This document shows, in pieces, positions 27,101-39,100 of a stretch of DNA of 64,000 nucleotides. Positions within the stretch are counted from its first letter, which is position 1. Each line of letters starts with the position of its first letter. Origin of the DNA: Bugula neritina (taxonomy: Eukaryota; Animalia; Bryozoa). The stretch covers positions 33,479,504-33,543,503 of the forward strand of contig OZ037765.1 in NCBI GenBank assembly GCA_964035545.1, given 5' to 3'. The notes below the pieces were generated by a model. The model had not been told where the DNA came from. It worked only from the letters and a program-made list of their open reading frames with translations, and made no database searches. Made by a program: the position numbers and the translations under genes.

Positions 27101-30100
27101 AGATGAGGATGTAGCCCCCCTGAAGAGTGTTGTGTATTTACTGTAGCATTTATTGCATCTAGTCTGTCCCTTTCTAGACTGATAAAAGCCCCTCTCACAG
27201 CTTCTACAAGGTTGCTTGGGATTGTCTAGTCCTGAGGGGGAATAACTACCAGGACCGCACATCTCTGGAAAAGATAACTCCAAGTGTAAAACGTGTATTT
27301 AAACATACATAATCTTTAATAAAATTGCAGTTGTCTATGAATTAACTGAGTAAAGGGTTTTGCCCACCATATTATATTTTTTTGCTAATAGAAAGCCTAA
27401 CTCTGATTGATATAAAATGAAACATAATGTTATAATATTTATGTCCAGTACAATTTCGGTATTATTTAATCTTGAACTATTGCTTTACAACTTTTCTATT
27501 GCCTGGTATGTATTTATTTCGATTAGTTGCAGTAAACCATAAAAAGAAAAGTTTTAAAACCATACTTAAACTTGTAAATCCTAATTATGTTTTAGAAGTA
27601 ACGGGACTGAAGTTGAAAGAATTAGTATTAGCTAATACAAGCAGACAATGCAGTGATGAATGTAGCATTCCAGACATACCCAGACAGTTGCTAATAACCT
27701 TTGACCCCGTCTGCAGAGTAGTTTGACCTTCAGGGCATCTGATGCAGCTAGAGGAGCCAGCTTTATCTTGATAGTAGCCAACTGGACAAGTCTGGCACAT
27801 GTATGACTCATTGAGGAGAGTTCCTTTTGGACAGCCATCTACAACACGTGATGTCTAAAGCACACAACACTGTGTCACTAAGTAGTATGTTAATGCTTGC
27901 AGTGGAGAGATCGTTTACTAATATGCTGAGCGAAACTCATGGGGTTTATAGACACCATCTTTGTGAAAAGACCTGAAGGAAAGGTTTTCTTTAAGCAAAC
28001 CAAAGACACTTAGGAGCAGTAACCTCAGTTCTTTAATTTTATTATTAAATTTTGGTTTGGGGCGTGGGTTGGAATTCTTGCAAGAACATAACTTCTTTTG
28101 CTATATTTTCAATCAAAAACACAGGCTTCTCTCAATTTCTCCATTACTGCACCCACCTCACTAAAGACTTGTTTTCTATTGTGGTAAAGTAGCAATTATG
28201 ACTGAATGCCCTTCATACACCACCAGTTGCCTTAACTGGGATTTGAACCACTGACCTTGTGCTTACTAAGCCAGTGCTCTAACCTCTAGACCAAGGCTGC
28301 TCCTCACTCATGTACTGTTTATATGTTCAACATAGATTACATTGTATAATGAGCTAGTAGTAATAATAAATATGAACCTACAGCAGAGATCAGCTTGCAG
28401 GATAAGACCACCCACACAGTCCACACTGCTCTCATTGAAAGTGAATGACACATCATGAAGGAAGCCAACTGGTAGAGAATAGCCAATAAAAAGACCACCT
28501 GAGTAGAAAGCTCTCAGAAATACTTCCATTTCCTGTAATAAAGGTGCAGTTTATTAACCTTGACCTTGATATAGGTCATGGCATTTCTTTTTAATTTTAA
28601 TGATTTATTTTTTCCTAATTTTAATTGTTAAAACAGAATTGCCTATGCTATATTCCGCATAATTATTTTATATTGCTAAAATATATTACCATAATATATA
28701 GGTGAAAGAGTTTAAATTTTTATAACTGTGGTAGCTCAACTTTTGGTTAAGCAAATCATAACAAGTTGTAAAGTTTGACACATTCTTTGAAAAGCTATCA
28801 TTCTAATTTCAAACTACCTCTAGTGCAAAGTTTTCAATTTTACAGTCTACATTGAAGACAAAATTTCATTTTCACCTTCAATTAAGAGTTTCTCAATTGC
28901 AAAAATAAAATGAACACATAAGAAGAGCTCAACACGTTTTATAACTTGGCTAACTTACCATGAGCAAGTCTTTGTCTTGGATAATATTCTTAGACGGTCT
29001 AGGAGAGAATAACTCCAAACTATACTCCAAGGTCATGATACTGTAGGTAGCAGATGGGATACACTCAAAGTTGTTGAGAGAAGCTACACAGTTCAGTGTG
29101 TCCCCACACAGCATGGCTAAATGCATGGCTACCTGGTCATGTATAGCTGTTAGTGATGCGTTAATAGAAGACTTGTCTCCACATGCTTCACTCAGTTGCA
29201 CCTCTGATGTCATAAACAGTGTGTGCACAGACAATGACGGTGCTGCAAGTACGTACACAATAAGATGAGAGTAGTAATGGTTAGAGGAATCATGAACCCA
29301 AACTAACCAATAGAAGCCAACGAAACTCTTGCATAACAAAGTCTGACGAATCAGATTTGATTTATGAAAGAAAGTGGCCAATGGCTATAAAGTTAAGGGT
29401 GAAGAACAGAAATTTCCCAGCTGCTAGTAGAGAATGCTTTGCAACAAATGCCATCCTTATTACTTTCATGATGAGTAGCACCAAAATCTAATGCAGAGTG
29501 GATGGACAAAAAACTAGATGTAAATATTTTTTCAAATTCAAAACAAGCTGAAAATGTAGCTGCAAAGTTTTGATTAAAATCAAAAGTACTAAAAGAGAAA
29601 ATGATCAGACTATACCAAACCTGAGCAGTCTGGTATGAACTCCGTGTTGAGTTTCCCTTCGCTGCATATGATTGGCTGAGTCGCAGACGGATACATGAGT
29701 TGTGCACCGACCTTGCACTGAAGGTTACAGCTGGCGTAAGTACTGTTGTACTGATTACATGAGAGTTGGCTAGCTTCCAACAGAGCTTCTCTCTCACAGT
29801 ACTCAGTCGATTCTGGAACAGAATGCTTGAGTGAGTCATATAATATGCAGAATTAGTGGTTCTTAACCAATGGGTCCAGCCCAATGTCAGGACCAGACCA
29901 GCTCAATATTAAGGCCAGCCTCAAAACCAGGTCCAGCCCCAACATCAGGTCCAGCCCCAACATCAGGTCCAGCCCCAACATCAGGTCCAGCTCCAACATC
30001 AGGTCCAGCCCTAATATCAGGGCCAAACATGAAGCAGAGTTTATTAGAAATTTTCTCACTGACATTGATATCAAAAATATTTCAAGTTCAAGAAAAATCT

Positions 30101-33100
30101 TCGAACTATATAGAGATTTATCTATGATCAATATTTGAAGGGGAATAAAAGCATAAAATTTAATTATTACTTCTGTCATTAGAAATATTTTATATCAATA
30201 CTTTTTATTTTAGTCTCTATAAGTATTTGCAAGGTTTGGTGACAGTATATTGTGGAAATATCTTACGCAGTACTGTGACATTGAAAGTACACGAAGCAGT
30301 GTTGTTTGCTTTGTCTGCTGCAGTAACTGTAACCGAAGTTGTCCCATATCTCCAGGAATGCCTAAAGGAATGACTGGCCGTGATAGTCAACCCTGTGTGG
30401 TTAGTTGGTCTCTCGATGAGTTGCATAACAGAGTTATCTGAAAACTCGGTGGTAGGCGGCGGCAGTCGAGCGTATAAATCAGAGATTCCAGGAGGAGGAG
30501 GCAAACAACTCTCGATCAAAGGTGCTGTCTCGTCTACAACCTAGAGAAATTGAAAACTTTGCAACATGTTTTTACAAACATCTTAATCCACCTGAAGCAC
30601 TTTAAATCACTTGCCATATAATTCTACTTCATAATGCATAATGCATATACAAGCAGATGACAATTAACAAGCAGACGACATGCAACAAGTAGACAAATGT
30701 ATGTGAAAGTTTATCTGAAACTGATTATAAATATCATTTTAATTTACTTATTAATTTTAAAAAAGTAATGGAAACGGTTTGAGAACATTATATTTACATT
30801 AACAAAGAAGTAGCAGCGGGCGGAGTTGAGCCACACATCTTGCACATAGTACGTAATGCGATGTTCTCCCAGAGGGAAGTGAGGTACCAACTGTCCAGGA
30901 ATCTGAACTACCGATAGTATAGGAGACCTGTCCTGTACCCTGGGAGGCTTCAAGTTTGGAACAAGGGTTAGGTACTGCTTGGGGTCTGCCTTGATTGTCA
31001 CATTCTCGGGACAGTCGAGGAGCGGAGGCTCTGAGTCTAAACAGGAAATGCTTGTCATACGGAAAGTGATTCAGAACATGTGTGACATAATTTAGACGTT
31101 TATTGTCATAAATAGAATTATCAAAAGCGAAGGCTTGACATTTAAATCTTATTCAAAGCAATTATTAAACCCTCCGCATTAAGTATTTCCTTCATCTAAT
31201 TTTTTTTCCAAATTAGTATAAAAGCACAAACTTATGTGAAAATATCAGCATCATTTTAAAATAACTTAAGAAATCTAGAATGAAGTTACAACTCAAGTTT
31301 CATAAACAATATATTGAAGAGAGCAACTCGGTCTAGCAGGTAGAGCATCTGTCTACATGACACACCCATCTGTCTACATGACACACCCATTTTTTTACAT
31401 GACACGCCCAATTGTCTACATGACACACCCATCTGTCTACATGACACACCCATCTGTCTACATAACATACTCATCTGTCTACATGACACAACCATTTGTC
31501 TACATGACACACCTATTTGTCTACATGACACACCCATTTCTCTACATAACACAAGTTATGCTAATCTAGTAGTTTGAATCTTACCAGGCTAAATAGTAGT
31601 CGGGAAAGCGACTGTACTAATTTAAAAAATCATTAAATTAGATGTGACTGGTGAGAGTCATGGCACCATAACTACATTAACACGTCAACACAACCAAAGT
31701 TGGTTGCTATGGTTACACATACCAATACATCTCCAGCTGTAAGATGCAGACGTCCAGGTGCCGGTGTTGGAGCACTGTCTGAAGGATGGGCCGTCTAAGG
31801 TGTAGCCCTGGTAACAGCGTAGTCTGCAGATAACTCCGTATTCCTGCGTAGTCTGAGTGCAGGCGGGCGGGTCTACGTATCCGTTTAGTGTGAAAGGGAG
31901 GGCTGGACACGTCACATCCTGGCAGTAGGTTTCTATGCCACTCCAGTGACCCAGGGACAGACAACTCCTCTTCTCCGGTCCCATTAATGTGTAACCTGTG
32001 AAGATGACAGCACAATGTGTTAACAGGTGAATGTATCAACAAGTGAATGTGTCAACAGATGAATGTGTCAACAGGTGAATGTGTCAACAAGTGAATGTGT
32101 CAACAGATGAATGTGTCAACAGATGAATGTGTCAACAGATGAATGTGTCAGAAACAAAATACATTATAAGCCACAAAAGATACAATCTACAAGTTTGAAT
32201 GCAGCTGTTGACAAGAAAACTACCTTAATCATTCGCATAGCATACCGAAACTCAATAAGCAACAAACATTTTGTTTAATCCTTATTAACTTAGCTTACAG
32301 CTACACTTTATATATACGCTTTATTCAACCAAATACAACCTAATTTTATTTCCTCATTTTATATCAGATTTATTGCAGCCATTTAGAATAATTTCCTCAA
32401 AACTCCAAACCGACAAAGTGTACAATGGTGATGCATATAACAGCTCAAGGTTACAGTGCCTAGCTTATATCACCTAGCTGTACGTCTGCTTGTCCTGCTT
32501 AGCTGTACGTCTGCATGACTCACCTTGGTTACAAGTACACATGACTAACCTTGGTTACAAGTAAACATGACTCACCTTGGTTACAAGTGAACATGACTCA
32601 CCTTGGTTACAAGTCTGTATGACTCACCTTGGTTACAAGTAAACATAACTCTCCTTGGTTACAAGTAAACATGACTCACCTTGGTTACAAGTAAACATAA
32701 CTCACCTTGGTGACAAGTAAACATGACTCACCTTGGTTACAAGTCTGTATGACTCACCTTGGTTACAAGTAAACGTGACTCACCTTGGTTACAAGTCTGT
32801 ATGACTCACCTTGGTTACAAGTAAACGTGACTCACCTTGGTTACAAGTAAACGTGGCTCACCTTGGTTACAAGTAAATGTGCAGATTGTTCCAAACAGAA
32901 ATGAATCAGATGTACACTTCATACTGCCATGACGTGGAGCAACAAGTCCCAGACACTTCTTTACTACAATTATAAACAGAAGTAATAAATGCTTAAAAAC
33001 TAGAAAGATTTGTTATTATTTCTGATACGAATCAAACATAATCGAGAGTTCCAGTCACTACAAACAGTTGTCATAGCCTGAGAAACAGACACCAGCAGAT

Positions 33101-36100
33101 GGGTGGTTTGCTGCATGTCCAACCAAGAGGCTGTGGGTAAACAACACTAACTCATAATATTGAACTTTAAGTAAATTGGAAAAGTTACCAGGATCCATAC
33201 TCTTTGAGCTTATTGTCTCTTTTAAATGATGTAGATAAAACAGGGTCATTTTGATGATAGTTAAGAGATTGTTTTGCAATAAACCAGTAGCAGTTGCTGA
33301 ACAAATTGAATTTTAAACTAGAGTTATTGCAGTTGTTCTAAAAATTAGAACGGGTGGAAAGCAGGAGGATCGTTGTAAAGTGTTGGAACTCTGCTAGAAA
33401 ATGAGAATCTTTCTCTACTCGCTCAGTAGTATATAAAAATATAAAATGAGAAGACAACTTATAATGACTAATCATTGTAATGTAGCTTTACTGACCTTCA
33501 CACTGGGTGGCTGTTCCGCTCCATGTCCCGTCACTTTCACATACTCTGACACTACTTCCTGTCACACTGTAGCCCGGGTCACACCTGAGACCGCAGGCTA
33601 CATTAACCAAGTTGTCACATGACTCCCCGACTATAGTTCCATTGGGCGGAGCTAGTAGATACGGACACCGAGTCTAGCAATATAATACATACTTTAATAT
33701 TAACTCTATAAATATAATACACACTTTAATACTAACTCTATGAATATAATACACACTTTAATACTAACTCTATGAATATAATACACACTTTAATACTAAC
33801 TCTATGAATATAATACATACTTTAATACTAACTCTATGAATATAATACACACTTTAATATTAACTCTATGAATATAATACACACTTTAATACTAACTCTA
33901 TGAATATAATACACACTTTAATACTAACTCTATGAATATAATACATACTCTAATACTAACTCTATGAATATAATACACACTTTAATACTAACTCTATGAA
34001 TATAATACACACTTTAATACTAACTCTATGAATATAATACATACTTTAATACTAACTCTATGAATATAATACACACTTTAATACTAACTCTATGAATATA
34101 ATACACACTTTAATACTAACTCTATGAATATAATACATACTTTAATACTAACTCTATGAATATAATACACACTTTAATATTAACTCTATGAATATAATAC
34201 ACACTTTAATACTAACTCTATGAATATAATACACACTTTAATACTAACTCTATGAATATAATACATACTCTAATACTAACTCTATGAATATAATACACAC
34301 TTTAATACTAACTCTATGAATATAATACACACTTTAATACTAACTCTATGAATATAATACACACTTTAATACTAACTCTATGAATATAATACATACTTTA
34401 ATACTAACTCTATGAATATAATACACACTTTAATACTAACTCTATGAATATAATACACACTTTAATACTAACTCTATGAATATAATACACACTTTAATAC
34501 TAACTCTATGAATATAATACACACTTTAATATTAACTCTATGAATATAATACACACTTTAATACTAACTCTATGAATATAATACACACTTTAATATTAAC
34601 TCTATGAATATAATACACACTTTAATACTAACTCTATGAATATAATACATACTCTAATACTAACTCTATGAATATAATACATACTTTAATACTAACTCTA
34701 TGAATATAATACATACTTTAATACTAACTCTATGAATATAATACATACTTTAATACTAACTCTATGAATATAATACATACTTTAATACTAACTATATGAA
34801 TATAATATATACTTTAATACTAACTCTATGAATATAATACATACTTTAATACTTACTATATGAATATAATACATACTTTAATACTAACTCTATGAATATA
34901 ATACATACTTTAATATTAACTCTATGAATATAATACATACTTTAATACTAACTCTATGAATATAATACACACTTTAATACTAACTCTATGAATATAATAC
35001 ATACTTTAATATTAACTCTATGAATATAATATATACTTTAATACTAACTCTATGAATATAATACACACTTTAATACTAACTCTATGAATATAATACACAC
35101 TTTAATACTAACTCTATGAATATAATACATACTTTAATACTAACTCTATGAATATAATACACACTTTAATACTAACTCTATGAATATAATACATACTTTA
35201 ATACTAACTCTATGAATATAATACACACTTTAATACTAACTCTATGAATATAATACACACTTTAATACTAACACTATGAATATAATACATACTCTAATAC
35301 TAACTCTATGAATATAATACACACTTTAATACTAACTCTATGAATATAATACATACTTTAATATTAACTCTATGAATATAATACACACTTTAATACTAAC
35401 TCTATGAATATAATACATACTCTAATACTAACTCTATGAATATAATACGCACTTTAATACTAACTATATGAATATAATATATACTTTAATACTAACTCTA
35501 TGAATATAATACACACTTTAATACTAACTCTATGAATATAATACATACTTTAATACTAACTCTATGAATATAATACATACTTTAATACTAACTATATGAA
35601 TATAATACATACTTTAATACTAACTCTATGAATATAATACATACTTTAATACTAACTCTATGAATATAATACATACTTTAATACTAATTCTATGAATATA
35701 ATACATTCTTTAATACTAATTCTATGAATATAATACATACTTTAATACTAACTATATGAATATAATACATACTTCAATACTAACTCTATGAATATAATAC
35801 ATACTTTAATACTAACTCTATGAATATAATACATACTCTAATACTAACTCTATGAATATAATACATACTTTACTACTAACTCTATGAATATAATACATTC
35901 TTTAATACTAACTCTATGAATATAATACATACTCTAATACTAACTCTATGAATATAATACATACTTTAATACTAACTCTATGAATATAATACATACTTTA
36001 ATACTAACTCTATGAATATAATACATTACGTAAAGTATATGTAAGAATTGAAAGGTGTCAACAATGCAATATATACCTGTATATATATAATATATAGACC

Positions 36101-39100
36101 ACTGGAAAAAAAATTATCAATATAAAAATACAGTCTATGTGTTCTATAAATTCGTTACAGAAAAGTAATAACAATTTTCTTGGAAAAAAATATGGCGCTG
36201 GTTATTTATATTGTAATTTATATTTTTGAGGACGTAAGACACTTTGTCATAAAAGCATATAAAAAGGCGAGATTAGAAACCATGTTTGAAGATGTTATGC
36301 TAGGGGTTAGAGCGTTTGCCTAATCAACACGAGATCATGGGTTTGAGCCTGGACAAAGGCCATTGGTGATGTTAGGAAGAGCATCCAGTCATAATTGCTC
36401 CTGTGCCTCATTCAAATAAGTCTTTAGCCCGTTTTAACAAAAACCCTTTCTATTAGGGGTTTCTCACAGGTATAGCGACTATAAACTTGGGTGAGTTTGA
36501 AGATCTCATGTTATTGTTCAACTGTATTTCCATAATGAAGATTAGCTTCAAAAGTTTGCAGTTAGTAAATTACAGTATTGTGAACAAACATTTTTCATGA
36601 GTGGGTTTCTTACCTGAACACACGAGTTATTGCCGTTACGGAGGGGGTGGTACCCAGCCTTACAGACACATTGCCTAAGTTCCGTGCTGCCTTCAGCTGA
36701 TATGTGGTTCAGATCTGGACAGGGTCTACAGCTCTTAGTTTCATCTTTATTGGTAAAATCTTTCCCGTAAGTATTTGGCGGACATTCTGAGAAAAGAGGA
36801 CACAACTTCTCATACATATATTGCACATTTATTGAATATATATTAGAGGGTAACAATAGATGTGTTTGCACATACCAGACCAAACATAGTAAATTATAAC
36901 ATAAATATACCTATTTTAGCCTAAACAAGCTCATTTTTAGCTCAATCCCTGAATACCAAGCTGCTTGCTACACTTTTCACACTCAGTGAAGATTAGTCAT
37001 AACAATAAAGTATTAAATAGAACAGGTAAAAAGCCATAAAATAAAAATACATAAACATTACATGATGAAACTTTCAACAAATAAGAATGAGATAAAAAAC
37101 TTTTCCTGATTTCAACATAAAACTGGTTACACAAGAGCAAGTCAAACAAGTTTACTAACTGAGACACTCCCGAGTTCTCCGAGTTTGATAGGAGCCGGGT
37201 GGGCACATACACCCCTCCTCCCCAGTCTGTCTGTTGCACATACACGTGGCAAATTCCTGTCTACACAAACAGTTAGCAGCTGAGTAGGCTGGTCTCTGGA
37301 AATCTGCAACATAGTAATAGACTGTGGCCCATTACATCAGTACTAGTACTGTGAGACGTTACTATAGAGAGCAGAGTATAGTAGTAATAGACTGTGGTAC
37401 ATACTGATACTGTGAGACGTTACTATAGAGAGCAGAGTACAGTAGTAAGAGGCAATACCTTTTAAATGGTTACATGTATTTAAAAATATAATGCCACAGT
37501 GGGAAAGTGATGTCAGATATTGAGATGGCAGCATTCTGTATTGACAGTTTGTAGATTTGCTGTTGTATTAAAGCTATAGAACTATAACCAACAATGAATA
37601 CTAATGAAATATATTAAGCTATATATTATATATTATATCATATCTCAGCAATGATTTATCATTCACACAAACAATAGACTTGCGTGCAAAACCTGATGAC
37701 TCAAAGACTTGCCATATAGTAATTGGCTGTAAACATATAAATTATATAGACAATAAGACATGCAGTTAGCTCACCAGAGAAGAAAGCCCTGTTGGACAGT
37801 TCTTCTAGCTGTTGAGGGTGGGTCAGCACTAGCGCCTCACTCTTCTTTAAGGAAGACGATGACGCAGTTGCAGGCAGCTGTTTGCGGTTTATGGGAGGCC
37901 GGGGTCTGTAGCGTCTACTTCTCTGTCTGGTAGGTAGCCTGGGGTCTCTCATATTCCTGGCTCTAGGGTTGTACCGTGTTCCTGTCCTCCCACTACTGTC
38001 CCTGACATACGTGGGTGGAGCCGCCGGGGCAGCCTGAGAAAGCGATATCTTCACCACTACACCATTAGTGTCCAGAAACTGCAGATTGGTTGGTAACTCG
38101 AAATCTTGTCCACAACGGATCATGACGAAATACTTTTCAGCTGCGTTCAACGGGGCTGATGGAAATAGAACGTTCTAGAATGATAGAAACAAACCAGTAT
38201 AGAAGAAACAGGCAAAGTTCATGTCATGATTTTGTATTTTATTGAAATCAAGGAAAATGATAAACAAAGAACTTGTGTTACGAATTATAAATTAGCCATT
38301 TAAATCATTAATTTATAATTTGCAACATCAACTCTTTTAAAATGATAGATTTTGAAACAATTATAAACAACTTTCACTCAACTCAATAGAATGCGAAAGG
38401 CCCTACTGCTAAACTCCTGCAAGTGCAGAAATTACTTGATAAGTGTTGCTGAATAACACAAAGTGAATAATTACAAGGAAGTTGCTGGCTAATCATTCTC
38501 AAAGAATAGAAACAATTTCAGCAGGACATCATAGCCAGTAAATGCTTCGGCAAATTAAGAATTCAACTCATGTAATTTAAAAACGAGTTGAAAAATCATT
38601 TTGATTTTGCTCAGCTTTTCAAAAACTAGAACCTCAACAGAGAGAGAAGGAGAGAGGGAGGGAGGGAGGGAGGGAAGGAGAGAGGGAGGGAGAGAAAGAG
38701 AGAGAGAAGGAGAGAAAGAGAGAGAGAGAAGGAGAGAAGGAGAGAGAGAGAAGGAGAGAGGGAGGGGGAGGGGAGGGAGGAAGGGAGGGAGGGAAGGAGA
38801 GAGAGAGGGAGGGAGAGAGAGAGGGGGGGAGAGAGAACAGTTCTGCAATAAGCTAAACTAGTTTGATGTTAAGCAGTAGTAGGTATGTAAAGGTGCATCT
38901 GGCATACATATCTAAAGTAAAAATAGTGCACATTGTTGCAGTAGTAAACTGAGTATGAACATAAGTATAAACAAATCATTAGAGACACAGTCCTTATGGC
39001 CAAAGTCATTACAGCAACAACCAAAAATGAAAATTGATATTTAATTAATAAACAATCCCAGTCTGTTAATAACCACATGCCCTGACAATGTAGAGGTGTC

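Noticed and set aside
29853-30179. ORFs with LGLDLM / SGPAPT / NIRSSP repeats
   Set aside because: Three readings of one 18-bp intronic minisatellite; flanking SVEP1 exons join in phase without them.
31286-31569. ORFs with CRQMGVS / YMTHPSV repeats
   Set aside because: Translations of a 21-bp intronic repeat.
25943-36026. 28-, 26- and 32-bp arrays as CRISPR arrays
   Set aside because: Units are head-to-tail with no unique spacers, there are no cas genes, and the context is eukaryotic introns.
38555-38861. Ser/Leu/Pro-rich and Arg/Glu/Gly-rich ORFs
   Set aside because: Products of the GA polypurine tract.
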